From: Synechococcus sp. | GTDB taxonomy: Bacteria; Cyanobacteriota; Cyanobacteriia; PCC-6307; Cyanobiaceae | Reading direction: 5' to 3' | Assembly: GCA_047284725.1 (NCBI GenBank) | Contig: JBJBEO010000001.1 | Span: forward strand, 1,272,203-1,336,202 | DNA length: 64,000 bases | Shown: one piece after another, positions 50,173 through 61,585 of the stretch | How positions within the stretch are numbered: position 1 is the stretch's first letter | Layout: each line of letters begins with the position of its first letter | Position numbers and translations under genes: made by a program | The notes under the pieces: generated by a model | What the model saw: only the letters and a program-made list of their open reading frames with translations | Databases searched by the model: none | What the model was told of the DNA's origin: nothing

Positions 50173-51246
50173 ATGGCGCTCGTCCCGCTTCGGCTCCTGC
50201 TTGACCACGCCGCCGAAAACGGCTACGGCATCCCTGCGTTCAACGTCAACAACCTGGAGCAGGTTCAGTCGATCATGGAGGCGGCTCACGAGACCGACTC
50301 TCCCGTGATCCTGCAGGCCTCCCGTGGTGCCCGCACCTACGCCGGTGAAAGCTTCCTGCGTCACCTGATCCTGGCGGCTGTCGAGACCTATCCCGACATC
50401 CCTGTGGTGATGCACCAGGACCACGGCAACAGCCCCTCCACCTGCTACGGAGCTGCCGCCAACGGTTTCACCTCCGTGATGATGGATGGTTCCCTTGAAG
50501 CCGATGCCAAGACTCCTGCCAGCTACGAGTACAACGTGGCTGTCACCAAGGAAGTGGTGGACGTGGCTCACGCCATCGGCGTCAGCGTCGAAGGTGAGCT
50601 GGGTTGCCTTGGCTCCCTCGAGACCGGTAAAGGCGAAGCCGAAGACGGCCACGGCTTTGAAGGCGAGCTGTCGAAGGATCAGCTGCTGACCGACCCTGCC
50701 GAAGCGGCTGACTTCGTCGCCAAGACCAAGGTGGATGCCCTGGCCATCGCCATCGGCACCAGCCACGGCGCCTACAAGTTCACCCGCAAGCCAACCGGTG
50801 AAGTGCTGGCCATCAGCCGCATTGCTGAAATCCACAAGGCCATCCCCAACACCCACCTGGTGATGCACGGTTCATCCTCCGTTCCTCAGGAATGGCTGGA
50901 GATGATCAACAAGTACGGCGGTCAGATTCCTGAGACCTACGGCGTCCCCGTCGAAGAGATCCAGGAAGGCATCCGCAACGGTGTGCGCAAGGTGAACATC
51001 GACACCGATAACCGCCTGGCCTTCACCGCTGCTGTGCGTGAAGCCGCCGCTGCGGATCCCGCCAATTTCGATCCTCGCCACTTCAACAAGCCTGCTCGTA
51101 AGTACATGAAGCAGGTCTGCCTCGACCGCTATCAGCAGTTCTGGGCCGCCGGCAACGCCAGCAAGATCAAGCAACGCGACATCAACTACTACGCCGGTCT
51201 GTATGCCAAAGGCGCACTGGAGCCGAAAGCTGCCGTGGCTGCCTGA
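50173..51246 (+). CDS. fba: Class II fructose-bisphosphate aldolase
   Basis: [42 protein letters not shown]. Confidence 0.98.
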   Translation: MALVPLRLLLDHAAENGYGIPAFNVNNLEQVQSIMEAAHETDSPVILQASRGARTYAGESFLRHLILAAVETYPDIPVVMHQDHGNSPSTCYGAAANGFTSVMMDGSLEADAKTPASYEYNVAVTKEVVDVAHAIGVSVEGELGCLGSLETGKGEAEDGHGFEGELSKDQLLTDPAEAADFVAKTKVDALAIAIGTSHGAYKFTRKPTGEVLAISRIAEIHKAIPNTHLVMHGSSSVPQEWLEMINKYGGQIPETYGVPVEEIQEGIRNGVRKVNIDTDNRLAFTAAVREAAAADPANFDPRHFNKPARKYMKQVCLDRYQQFWAAGNASKIKQRDINYYAGLYAKGALEPKAAVAA

Positions 51247-51270
51247 TCCAGTCAGCAACGAAGTATTGGT

Positions 51271-51294
51271 GGGGGGGGTGACGCCCCCCTTTTT
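51271..51294 (+). terminator. Intrinsic terminator after fba
   Basis: GGGGGGG-GTGAC-GCCCCCC hairpin followed by TTTTT. Confidence 0.8.
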
Positions 51295-51301
51295 CATGGC
51301 A

Positions 51302-52423
51302 TCAGACCTGCACCTTCAAACGAGCACGATTGTTGTTGCGAAGGGCCTCAGGTTCGAGAATCTGCTGCTCCGGATCCACCCACACCTCCACGTCTTGACG
51401 GCCAGGTGACAGCGCCCAGGCGATGGAAAAGCGTTCCGATCCGCCAGCCTCCATCCAGGGCAGGCGGAGATACCGATGGTCGCTGTATCGGTTATTGACG
51501 ACCACTGCAATGCCCACATCACTCACATCGAGCTGGCCCTGATTGGCCACCGTGAACTGGATACACCCTGTTTGGTAAGCCAGTTCATGCACAAACAGAT
51601 CGCTCGACCAGGTCTGAATTGTTTGCAGGGGATAGATGGCCAGACGGTCAAGCCGTGTCAACGCGGTCGAGGGGTGCTCATGGTGCAGATGACCGCCGTA
51701 ACGCAGATCTGTGCTGCAGCCGTGCAGGTGAAGATGGGCATCAGCCTGGGGAACGGTGACGCGCCCGAGAGCAGGGTTGGTGTCAAAAAAACCGCAGCAT
51801 TCCCAGTGCAGGGAATGGCCGAGAAAATGAACGGGATCCTCAGGATTGCCCGGATCTTGATCTGCGAGCCGATAGTGCTGAAGAAGGTCGTAGATGCTTT
51901 TTGAGGCCGTTGCATCGCCTTCGGAAGTGGATGCGATCGCACTGTTTCGACGCTGCTGCCCCATACACAATTTGGAAGCAACGGTAATCACCAGTTCCCG
52001 CCATTCCGCCAACAACCGAACGCCATAGATCGGGGCATTCGTCAAACGGCCGGCGTCATGGCCCAGGCGGATCGCTTCAGCCACCAGCTCCTGCAAGCGA
52101 CGACCATCCACAGGCCCGAGCTGCTCGACATCCACCGGGTAGCGCAGACCTGTGGCATCCCTGGAGAAACAGACATAAGGGAAATGAGAACTGCCATCCC
52201 CCCGGTGCAACCGACGGATGCCGCCGTTGAAGGCCTCACACTTCCAAATGGCCGTGTCGCCTGTCGGATCAGGGAGAAACGTGAGCTCACCGTTGTCAAG
52301 GCTGGTGGTGGTGCCGAGGCCAAGCACATCACCCTTGAGAGGAATGCGCTCATAAGCCAGATGCTCATTCACATCTCCCTGAATCAGATCGGTGACGGTA
52401 TTGGCGATCGTGAGATCCGTCAT
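51302..52423 (-). CDS. Acetolactate-decarboxylase-fold protein fused to a C-terminal CARDB-like Ig domain
   Basis: GDVLGLGT...LDNGEL and HLHLHG.STD..YGGHL; C-terminal FTVANQG...VDPEQQI.E...NNN. Confidence 0.65.
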   Translation of the reverse strand: MTDLTIANTVTDLIQGDVNEHLAYERIPLKGDVLGLGTTTSLDNGELTFLPDPTGDTAIWKCEAFNGGIRRLHRGDGSSHFPYVCFSRDATGLRYPVDVEQLGPVDGRRLQELVAEAIRLGHDAGRLTNAPIYGVRLLAEWRELVITVASKLCMGQQRRNSAIASTSEGDATASKSIYDLLQHYRLADQDPGNPEDPVHFLGHSLHWECCGFFDTNPALGRVTVPQADAHLHLHGCSTDLRYGGHLHHEHPSTALTRLDRLAIYPLQTIQTWSSDLFVHELAYQTGCIQFTVANQGQLDVSDVGIAVVVNNRYSDHRYLRLPWMEAGGSERFSIAWALSPGRQDVEVWVDPEQQILEPEALRNNNRARLKVQV

Positions 52424-52458
52424 CGAGGCAACACGGGGATCTCCATGCTGACCGCAGA

Positions 52459-53472
52459 TCAGAGCAGTGTCAGGCTGGCGCGTTTCGTGTCAAGTACAGC
52501 CCGGCGTCCAAGCGGCAGAGCCATGTTGGGTCGTCCATGACCCACCGGAAGATCGAGGAGAACAGGAATGCCAAGATCTCCCAGCCGCTCTTCCAGCACC
52601 TCCTCCATGCTGAAGTCACCGGGGAGGATGTCGTCTTCGGCCCAGGAGAAACGACCACAGCCGATGCCGACCACCGCCTTGAGCAAGCCAGCACTGCGCC
52701 ACTGGGTCAGCATGCGGTCAACGCGATAGGGAGCTTCACCCACGTCTTCCAGAACCAGGACAGCCCCGCGCAGATCAGGGAACCAGGGTGTGCCGATCAG
52801 ATGCGTCGCGACGGTGAGATTGGTGACCACCAGTGGGCCCGACACCCGACTCAGCTGAGAAGCCCTCACGCTCCTGAGAGCAGTGCCCTTCAAGGGAGCC
52901 ACAGGACGACCCGTGAGCAGGTCCACCGTGCGTTGCCACTGACGGTCATCGCCGCCGCTGGACCCATGAACGGCGCCCTGCAAGCCTGCCGCCCATTGCG
53001 CCAGCAACAGGGAACTGGTGTCAGAAAAACCCAGACACCACTTGGCTCGCCGCGGAAAACGGAATCCAGCCTCCAGCACCCTGGCACCTCCCCAGCCCCC
53101 TCCCAGGGTGATCACTGCATCAACCGAGGGATCCAGCCAGGCCTTCTGAAGGTCCGCCACGCGATCTCGATCGCGTGCGGAGAAATACCGCCACTGACCC
53201 TTGACACTGCCTGGCACCTCCAACGTCCAGCCCTCCAGTGCACAACGTTGCTGCAGCACTGTGAAATCGGTCTCAGGATCCATCCAGGTGCCGGGATTCA
53301 CCGCCCTCAGATGGGCACCACGGCGCAGTGGAGCCGGTGCGGTGACAGAAGCAGTGCGTGAACCGGCCAGGCCCGGTGTGGTGGTCCACCCCGCCAGGGC
53401 CGCGGTCGCAAAGCCAGCCACTCCTCCCTTGAAGAGGTCTCGCCGGGACAGGAAAGGGGAGCCATCAGGCAC
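52459..53472 (-). CDS. LD-carboxypeptidase (peptidase S66) with Tat signal
   Basis: SRRDLF Tat motif; GGWG, GFSD (Ser), LEDVGE..YRVDRML (Glu), PVGH (His). Confidence 0.9.
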   Translation of the reverse strand: MPDGSPFLSRRDLFKGGVAGFATAALAGWTTTPGLAGSRTASVTAPAPLRRGAHLRAVNPGTWMDPETDFTVLQQRCALEGWTLEVPGSVKGQWRYFSARDRDRVADLQKAWLDPSVDAVITLGGGWGGARVLEAGFRFPRRAKWCLGFSDTSSLLLAQWAAGLQGAVHGSSGGDDRQWQRTVDLLTGRPVAPLKGTALRSVRASQLSRVSGPLVVTNLTVATHLIGTPWFPDLRGAVLVLEDVGEAPYRVDRMLTQWRSAGLLKAVVGIGCGRFSWAEDDILPGDFSMEEVLEERLGDLGIPVLLDLPVGHGRPNMALPLGRRAVLDTKRASLTLL

Positions 53473-53534
53473 CTCTCAACGCCTCCACAAGCGTGACTTC
53501 CCGCATTGTGAAGGCGATGCAGGACAACGACGCA

Positions 53535-54188
53535 TCAGGCGATCAGAGCTTGAATCAACGACTGGCCATCAATTCCACCGGTGGTGGCATCACAGGCCCT
53601 CTCGGGATGCGGCATCAAGCCCAACACATTGCCGGACGGATTGGTGATTCCAGCGATATCCGCAACTGAGCCATTGGGGTTGTTGAGGTAGCGGAAGGCA
53701 ATGGCATCGTCATCCTGAAGTTGCTTCAGGGTGTCATCCGTGCACTGGTAACGACCTTCACCATGGGCAATGGGGAGCGTCAGTCGCTCTCCAGCCTGAC
53801 GACCCTGCATCCAGGCCGTGCGGCCTGAAGCGACTTCAAGCGGGGCATCTTCACAGATGAAGTGAAGATTGCGGTTGCGCGTCAAGGCACCGGGTAGCAA
53901 GCCCAGTTCCGTGAGCACCTGGAAGCCATTGCAAATGCCGAGCACCCGACCACCTTGACCGGCGAAGTCGATCAGTGACTCGAGCACAGGCGCAAAGCGT
54001 GCGATGGCGCCACAACGCAGATAGTCGCCGTAACTGAACCCCCCCGGAAGCACCACCGCATCCAGACCACGGAGATCCCGTTCCTCATGCCAGAGGTAGC
54101 GGGTGGGAATGCCAAGGCAGCCTTCACTCGCCCAGCGCACATCCCGGTCGCAATTGGAACCGGGGAAAACGACCACTCCGACGCTCAT
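53535..54188 (-). CDS. purQ: FGAM synthase glutaminase subunit
   Basis: [29 protein letters not shown]. Confidence 0.97.
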   Translation of the reverse strand: MSVGVVVFPGSNCDRDVRWASEGCLGIPTRYLWHEERDLRGLDAVVLPGGFSYGDYLRCGAIARFAPVLESLIDFAGQGGRVLGICNGFQVLTELGLLPGALTRNRNLHFICEDAPLEVASGRTAWMQGRQAGERLTLPIAHGEGRYQCTDDTLKQLQDDDAIAFRYLNNPNGSVADIAGITNPSGNVLGLMPHPERACDATTGGIDGQSLIQALIA

Positions 54189-54439
54189 GCCTGCTGAAGC
54201 TCCAGAGTCCAGTTTTCGATCACGGGATTGGCCAGGAGGCGATCGCTGAGCAGTTCAAGACGGCGACGAGCTTCCTGTTCATCAGGAGCATCAAGCTCCA
54301 GCTCCACCGCCTTGCCGATACGCAGTTTGCTCACACCATCGACGCCAAGCCGGGATGCCGCAGAACGGGTGGCCTCACCAGCCGGGTCGAGCACCGACGG
54401 GCGCAGGTTCACCAATACGCGGGCTTGATAACGCGGCAC
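54185..54439 (-). CDS. purS: FGAM synthase PurS subunit
   Basis: [26 protein letters not shown] start, so the ORF-track upstream extension is likely spurious. Confidence 0.95.
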   Translation of the reverse strand: MPRYQARVLVNLRPSVLDPAGEATRSAASRLGVDGVSKLRIGKAVELELDAPDEQEARRRLELLSDRLLANPVIENWTLELQQA

Positions 54440-54455
54440 GGTCACCTCGCAGGAA

Positions 54456-54896
54456 TTGTTAAATCTTGGCAGGCCGAGGCACCCGGCCCTGGCCATCACA
54501 TGCACGTTGAAGACAGGCCTGGTGCTTGTCTTGATGCAGTGCTCCATCCCAACGATCCGAGCAGTGGCACTGATGGTTGCGCTGGGATCGGCAACCTTCG
54601 AGATCGATGCTGGACAGGCACGTACGCGAAACCAACGGGCTGAAACCATTGAGCTGGAGTGCCGGCTGGAGAACGGTGGCTGGCAGCCTTGCGAAATGGG
54701 CATCATTCGCATCGGGCAGGAATGGTGGATCGAACTCGACAACAAACGCATCCGTTTCGAGCATGACGGCAGCGGGCAGGTTCGGATGCAACCAACCAGT
54801 GGAGCAGCCTGGGTCCCAGTCGTTGCCAGCTGGGCGGCCGATCAGGTGCTCTGCTGGGGCAGTGTCTGCGCCCGGGGATCCCTCCCGCTGGATTGA
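54456..54896 (+). CDS. Hypothetical secreted protein
   Basis: Hydrophobic leader; CRL..GGWQPC, FEHDGSG, LCWGSVCARG. Confidence 0.7.
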   Translation: MLNLGRPRHPALAITCTLKTGLVLVLMQCSIPTIRAVALMVALGSATFEIDAGQARTRNQRAETIELECRLENGGWQPCEMGIIRIGQEWWIELDNKRIRFEHDGSGQVRMQPTSGAAWVPVVASWAADQVLCWGSVCARGSLPLD

Positions 54897-54906
54897 CCCC
54901 TGAGCG

Positions 54907-54941
54907 CAGACCTCCAGCTCAGACCTCCAGCTCAGACCTCA
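54907..54941. repeat. 13-bp tandem repeat CAGACCTCCAGCT (about 2.6 copies)
   Basis: cagacctccagct-cagacctccagct-cagacctca; overlaps the SDR stop codon. Confidence 0.85.
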
Positions 54942-55651
54942 GGCAAACAACTCACAGCCAATTCAAAGGGCACGGCCTCTCGAGGCAGCTCCAGCAAGCG
55001 CGATGACAAGGCCGCCAGATCCTGTGGCTGGGTCATGGCCTCTGGCGCGATCGGGCTGATCGTCTTCACCATGTCTGTATTCACCCAGCCAGGACAAAGG
55101 GCCGTGACGCGGATTCCCTTCTCCCAACCCTCGTTACGCATGGTCTGACACAAACCCATCAAGGCGAATTTGCTGGTCACATAGCCGGCCCATCGGCCCT
55201 TGCTCCGCTTTCCACTCATCGACACCAGCACCTGGATGCGGCCATCACCATGGGCAACAAGCTGATGCCAGGCCGCCCGTGTTAACCACCATGGCCCCAT
55301 CACATTGATGCGGAAGAGCTGATCAGGCTCATAGCTCTGATCATCCCCAAACAGCAAAGGGGTGGGCAACCAAATGCCGGCACTGTGGATCAGGCTGTCA
55401 AAACCACCAAACCAGTCCTGAGCCGCTGCGACCCAGCGATCCGCTGCACCAGGATCATTGGCGTCGTAATCCAGCACGTGAATGCGATCAGTTCCTGCGA
55501 TGGCGGGATCCAGGCATGTTCCCCTGAGCACCTCCGGCTGGCGCAGACCAAGGCTGAGGCGATGACCCTCATGAAGGGCACGCTCGGCGATCGCGCGGCC
55601 GATCCCTCGCGACGCGCCGCTGATCAGCAGAGTGCGTGGTGCGGTCATCAC
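54932..55651 (-). CDS. Short-chain dehydrogenase/reductase
   Basis: SGASRGIG, HSAG, Y..SK, CPGWVNT. Confidence 0.93.
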   Translation of the reverse strand: MMTAPRTLLISGASRGIGRAIAERALHEGHRLSLGLRQPEVLRGTCLDPAIAGTDRIHVLDYDANDPGAADRWVAAAQDWFGGFDSLIHSAGIWLPTPLLFGDDQSYEPDQLFRINVMGPWWLTRAAWHQLVAHGDGRIQVLVSMSGKRSKGRWAGYVTSKFALMGLCQTMRNEGWEKGIRVTALCPGWVNTDMVKTISPIAPEAMTQPQDLAALSSRLLELPREAVPFELAVSCLPEV

Positions 55652-55796
55652 TCAAGGTCACCTCATCAAAAGTGTGGACTGTCCAGGAATGAGGGTCCAC
55701 GCCTTTCCTTCATCGGACGACATGGCTCGGCAACACCTTGATCGCCACCAGCCACTGTCAGCCAGGGGCCTCAACGCAAGACTGAAGCCTGGAACG

Positions 55797-56399
55797 ATGG
55801 CCGATCCAGCAATGCAGGACAACCGCCCCAAGCTCCACGACGCTTTCCAAGGATGGAACTTGCATTGGCAGGGCCTGCTGTCGAATCAGCAAGGAGAATG
55901 GTGGCTGGTCGTCCAGGTGGCGCTGATCGTGGCGGTCCTGGCTGTGCCGGGCTGGCCCAGCCCTACAGCACTCCCCCTGAGCGGCTTCAGCACCTGGCCT
56001 GTTCAGCTGTTGGGTGGAGGCCTCCTGATCGCAGGCCTTCTGCTCGCTGGCGCGGCATTCCTCAGCCTCGGAGCGAACTTGTCCCCTCTGCCGGACCCCA
56101 AACCCGGAAGTTCTCTGGTGTGCCAAGGCCCCTACCAGCTCTGCCGCCATCCGATGTATCTGGCTGTGTTGATCTGCGCTGCAGGGGTGATGCTGATGCG
56201 ACTCAGCGGTGTGCATGTGCTCCTGCTGATCCTGATGGCTCTGACGCTGCGTGGCAAAGCCAGACGGGAAGAAAGGGGCTTGCTGAAAAGAGATCCCGAG
56301 TACGCAACGCTGTTTCAGGGCTCAGTGGCCATTTCACTCTGGATCCCAGGCCTGAACTGGCCGCTGACACAACGACAAGAACGATCAGACATCGCATAG
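55797..56399 (+). CDS. Isoprenylcysteine carboxylmethyltransferase/PEMT family membrane methyltransferase
   Basis: LSPLP.P...LV..GPY...RHPMY, KARREE. Confidence 0.88.
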   Translation: MADPAMQDNRPKLHDAFQGWNLHWQGLLSNQQGEWWLVVQVALIVAVLAVPGWPSPTALPLSGFSTWPVQLLGGGLLIAGLLLAGAAFLSLGANLSPLPDPKPGSSLVCQGPYQLCRHPMYLAVLICAAGVMLMRLSGVHVLLLILMALTLRGKARREERGLLKRDPEYATLFQGSVAISLWIPGLNWPLTQRQERSDIA

Positions 56400-56488
56400 G
56401 AGACCCGGGGTCGGACAGAGAACTGGCTTTTCTTTTAAGGAGCGAAAAAAACAATCCGTAGTTTTCGGGATCTTTATCTGTGTGATCG

Positions 56489-57112
56489 ATGCCGACACGA
56501 CCCTTCCTGCTGGGCCTTGCCGTGCTGTCGACATCCATGGGGATGCCGTTGGTGGGTCAGGCACAAACCCTGAAGGAAGCGCTCGCATCCGTCACCCTTG
56601 CGCGTGCAAGCCATTCGGTCACGCCACCGCGCAGTGCAACCCCCCAAGAGCTCCTGGCCAGGTTGCAGGGTCTCGGTGAATCGGTGCTGGTGCTGCAGCG
56701 CACCGACCGTCGGCTGGCTGGCACCGGGGATCCGATCTGGGATTTGCGTATCGAAATTCCAGGCGAACCGATTCGCCGCTATGACGCGGTCAGCGGGCGC
56801 GCCAATCGCCAGAACGCCGACCGCGACCAGATGGGCAGCCGCGCACCATTACCTACAGGTCATTACACCCTGGGCGTTGTTGAATCCCTGGCAGTGGGTG
56901 CTTATCCAGAACTTGGGCCGGTCTGGATCAGCATTGAACCCAACTTCACAACAGGTCGCAGGGTGCTGGGAATCCATCAGGATCCCAGCGCAGGCCTCAA
57001 TGCCAACAGCGGCACGCTTGGCTGCATCGGCCTGATCCGGCGCACCGATGTTCTCGACCTGGCCCAACAGGTGCGGCGAGCCAAGATCAAAGCACTGGTG
57101 GTGACCCATTGA
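56489..57112 (+). CDS. Secreted L,D-transpeptidase-fold protein (YkuD/Tlde1-like)
   Basis: Signal peptide; AVSG, PLP.G.Y, GIHQD...GTLGCIGL (His/Cys). Confidence 0.72.
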   Translation: MPTRPFLLGLAVLSTSMGMPLVGQAQTLKEALASVTLARASHSVTPPRSATPQELLARLQGLGESVLVLQRTDRRLAGTGDPIWDLRIEIPGEPIRRYDAVSGRANRQNADRDQMGSRAPLPTGHYTLGVVESLAVGAYPELGPVWISIEPNFTTGRRVLGIHQDPSAGLNANSGTLGCIGLIRRTDVLDLAQQVRRAKIKALVVTH

Positions 57113-57195
57113 CACCATCCATGCAGCACCGCTGACCAGCTGATCCGGGCCAACCGCATCGTCTCTAGGGGGAGGCCATTGAAGAGGCCAAAGCC

Positions 57196-58250
<1,055 letters not shown>

Positions 58251-58251
<1 letters not shown>

Positions 58252-58814
58252 CAGCGGCAACCCAGGCTTTCACGGGTGGAAACGCCGGTGATGCTGTTGA
58301 CACCGTCCGCTCGGGCACAGAGGCCTTTGAGCTGGGGGAGATCGATCACGGCATTCGTGAAATCGGCACCATCGATTCTCGCGTCGTTGAACCGGCTCTG
58401 CATGAGCATGGCGTTGACGAAGCGAGAATCCCGCAAATCAGCATTGTCGAAACGGCTGGCAAAGGCCACCACCTCACCGAGGTCAGCTCTTTGCAAATCA
58501 GCCCCTTGCAGCAGAGACGTGTTGATCACTGCACCCCTGAGATCCGTGTCAGAGAGATTCACACCCTGAAGGTCAGCTTTGAGGAATTCCTTTTCTTTGA
58601 GATCCATGCCATGCATATCGGCACTGATGTCTTGCATCGCCCGTTGACCGCGCAATTCAGGAGCGGTGATCGCCTCGGCTTGATCGGGGGTGATGGTGAT
58701 CACCAACAGGAGCAGGCAAACAGGCATCACGACCCAGGACGCCCATTCCCGCAGGAACTGAAGCCCGCGTGAGGCGCGAGAGGGGAAGCAGGGCATGGTG
58801 TGTTTGAAACGCAA
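58251..58814 (-). CDS. Pentapeptide repeat protein (exported)
   Basis: A(D/N)L.. repeats; GADFTNA, GVNSITGVSTRESLGC; start uncertain. Confidence 0.92.
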
Positions 58815-58889
58815 ACGGCTGAGGAGGGCTGACCAACTGCCGTAGTTTGAGCAGCCACGTTATGGCAGCTCCAAGCCAAACCACGCGAC

Positions 58890-59516
58890 ATGGCCAAGAC
58901 CCTGAGGGTGGTGGTTCCCCCCCATCCCCTGATTGCCCACTGGCTCACGGTGCTGCGCCATGCCGGCACACCCCCGGCCCTCTATGCCACAGGCATGGAG
59001 GAACTGGGTCGTTGGCTGAGCTACGAAGCGGTGCGTGACTGGCTCCCCCATCGACGCGAATCCGTGTGCACCCCCCTGCAGGACACCGAAGGTGATGTGA
59101 TCGAATCATCCGTGGCCTTACTCACCATTCCAGTGCTTCCAGGCGGATTGGCGCTCTGGCAGGGGGCACGCCAGGTGCTTCCCAATGCCCAGCTCTGCCT
59201 GGACGGAGTACCGCAGGCGATTGAGTCCCAGGCTGGCGTGGTGCTGTTTCTGGATCAGATCAGCGATGGCGTCCACCTGATGCAGAGGCTGAAACAACTG
59301 CATGACGCTGGCGTTGACGATTGGCGCAGGTTGCGGGTAATCACAGCCGTGGCCGCCAGTCCGGGGCTGAAGCACATCGGTGAGCAACTGCCTGATCTCA
59401 CCATCCACACCGCCTGCATTGACGAAAGCCTGGATGACCAGGGCAGGGTCCTTCCCGGCATTGGTGAACCGGTGCAGCGAATGCAGATCAGAACCGGCAC
59501 AACCTCACTAGCCTGA
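58890..59516 (+). CDS. upp: Uracil phosphoribosyltransferase-like protein (divergent)
   Basis: HPLIAHWLTVLR, ELGRWLSYEA, TPL, ACID..L...PGIG. Confidence 0.8.
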   Translation: MAKTLRVVVPPHPLIAHWLTVLRHAGTPPALYATGMEELGRWLSYEAVRDWLPHRRESVCTPLQDTEGDVIESSVALLTIPVLPGGLALWQGARQVLPNAQLCLDGVPQAIESQAGVVLFLDQISDGVHLMQRLKQLHDAGVDDWRRLRVITAVAASPGLKHIGEQLPDLTIHTACIDESLDDQGRVLPGIGEPVQRMQIRTGTTSLA

Positions 59517-59535
59517 AATCATCAGCCCTCTCCCC

Positions 59536-59823
59536 ATGGCGCAGCGCGAGACCGCATCTGGCACCTTGGCCACTCTGGTGAGTGGAGCCGTGCTGGGGGC
59601 GGCGGGATTGGCCTGGTGGCTGCTGTCTGAGGCGGAACGCAGGCAACGCAGCCAGCGGCAACGCTCCATGCTGTACGCACCGCGTCTTCAGGATGGCAGC
59701 GAGGCATTCGACGCCACCGAGAAGGCGGGGCAGGGCGAGCAGCTTGAAGATCGCGTCGAAAAACTGAATGCCGCCATCGCCGATGTGCGCAAGCAACTGG
59801 AGGATCTAGGCGCGAGAACCTGA
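59536..59823 (+). CDS. Small membrane-anchored coiled-coil protein
   Basis: TM helix plus [20 protein letters not shown]. Confidence 0.8.
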   Translation: MAQRETASGTLATLVSGAVLGAAGLAWWLLSEAERRQRSQRQRSMLYAPRLQDGSEAFDATEKAGQGEQLEDRVEKLNAAIADVRKQLEDLGART

Positions 59824-59885
59824 AGCTTCACGCCCCCCCGTCGGTAGGTTGGCGCCAGTCATTCACCGGCCACCGGCTGCCATCG

Positions 59886-61556
59886 ATGCTCCGCTCCGAC
59901 GCCGTCACGCAGGGAATTCAGCGCTCCCCCAACCGAGCAATGCTGCGGGCCGTCGGTTTTGGTGACCAAGATTTTGGGAAGCCGATCATCGGCATCGCCA
60001 ACGGTTACAGCACCATCACGCCCTGCAACGTCGGTTTGAACGACCTGGCGATGCGGGCCGAGGCAGCAGCCCGTCAAGCCGGAGGCATGCCTCAGACATT
60101 CGGCACCATCACCGTCAGCGACGGGATCTCGATGGGAACCGAGGGGATGAAGTATTCCCTGGTGAGCCGGGAAGTGATTGCGGATGCAATTGAAACGGCA
60201 TGCAACGGCCAGAGCATGGATGGCGTTCTGGCTGTCGGAGGTTGCGACAAAAACATGCCCGGCGCCATGTTGGCCATGGCACGCATGAATATCCCCTCGA
60301 TCTTCGTGTATGGCGGCACGATCAAACCCGGCAAGCTTGGTGGTTGTGACCTCACGGTGGTGAGTGCGTTTGAAGCCGTCGGCCAGATCACCAGCGGCAA
60401 GATCGACGAAGAGCAGCTCACAGCGATTGAGAAAAATGCCTGCCCCGGGGCAGGCAGCTGCGGTGGCATGTTCACCGCCAACACGATGAGCGCAGCCATT
60501 GAGACCCTGGGCCTGAGCCTTCCCTACAGCTCGACCATGGCCGCGGAGGATGCGGAAAAGGCCGACAGCGCTGCCCGTTCAGCGGAGGTCTTGGTCGATG
60601 CAATCAAAGCCGACATCCGCCCTCTGGATCTGCTCACCAAGGAAGCGTTTGAGAACGCGATCAGCGTGATCATGGCGGTGGGGGGATCCACCAATTCCGT
60701 GCTCCACCTGCTTGCCATCGCCCGCACCGCAGGAGTGGACCTGAGCATCGACGATTTCGAGCGCATCCGTCAGCGCGTGCCGGTGATCTGCGATCTCAAA
60801 CCCAGCGGTCGATTCGTCACCGTGGATCTGCACCAGGCCGGAGGGATTCCACAGGTGATGAAACTTCTGCTGGATGCAGGCCTTCTCCACGGCAACTGCC
60901 GCACGATCGAGGGCAAAACCCTGCGCGAGCTGCTGGCTGACATCCCCTCGGAACCGCCAGCCGACCAGGAGGTGATCAGGCCCCTCTCCAATCCGCTCTA
61001 CGCCAAGGGGCATCTGGCGATCCTCAAAGGCAACCTGGCGGAGCAGGGGGCTGTGGCCAAGATCAGCGGCGTCAAGAATCCCTCGATCACCGGGCCGGCG
61101 AGGGTGTTTGAAAGCGAGGAAACCTGCCTGGCGGCGATTCTCGATAACCAGGTCAAGGCGGGGGATGTGGTGGTTGTCCGCAATGAAGGACCGGTCGGGG
61201 GGCCAGGGATGCGGGAAATGCTCAGCCCCACATCCGCGATTGTTGGCCAGGGTCTACTCGACAAGGTGGCTCTTATCACCGATGGCCGCTTTTCAGGGGG
61301 GTCCTACGGCCTGGTGATCGGGCATGTTGCACCGGAGGCGGCAGTCGGAGGAACCATCGGTTTGATCCAGGAAGGAGACAGCATCACCGTTGACGCCAAC
61401 CAGCTCTTGCTGGAATTGAACGTGGATGAAACGGAACTGGAGCGTCGCCGCAAGGCCTGGGTGCCAGCAACACCCAAGTACACCACGGGGATTCTTGGCA
61501 AATACGCCCGTTTGGTGTCCTGCGCCAGCGAAGGGGCCGTGACCGACCAACCCTGA
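59886..61556 (+). CDS. ilvD: Dihydroxy-acid dehydratase
   Basis: [45 protein letters not shown]. Confidence 0.98.
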   Translation: MLRSDAVTQGIQRSPNRAMLRAVGFGDQDFGKPIIGIANGYSTITPCNVGLNDLAMRAEAAARQAGGMPQTFGTITVSDGISMGTEGMKYSLVSREVIADAIETACNGQSMDGVLAVGGCDKNMPGAMLAMARMNIPSIFVYGGTIKPGKLGGCDLTVVSAFEAVGQITSGKIDEEQLTAIEKNACPGAGSCGGMFTANTMSAAIETLGLSLPYSSTMAAEDAEKADSAARSAEVLVDAIKADIRPLDLLTKEAFENAISVIMAVGGSTNSVLHLLAIARTAGVDLSIDDFERIRQRVPVICDLKPSGRFVTVDLHQAGGIPQVMKLLLDAGLLHGNCRTIEGKTLRELLADIPSEPPADQEVIRPLSNPLYAKGHLAILKGNLAEQGAVAKISGVKNPSITGPARVFESEETCLAAILDNQVKAGDVVVVRNEGPVGGPGMREMLSPTSAIVGQGLLDKVALITDGRFSGGSYGLVIGHVAPEAAVGGTIGLIQEGDSITVDANQLLLELNVDETELERRRKAWVPATPKYTTGILGKYARLVSCASEGAVTDQP

Positions 61557-61585
61557 GACGCACAGAGGCGCCCATCAGGCGTTCA

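Noticed and set aside
54440..54751. 188-aa long PurS
   Set aside because: PurS is about 85 aa and the extension overlaps a plausible plus-strand gene
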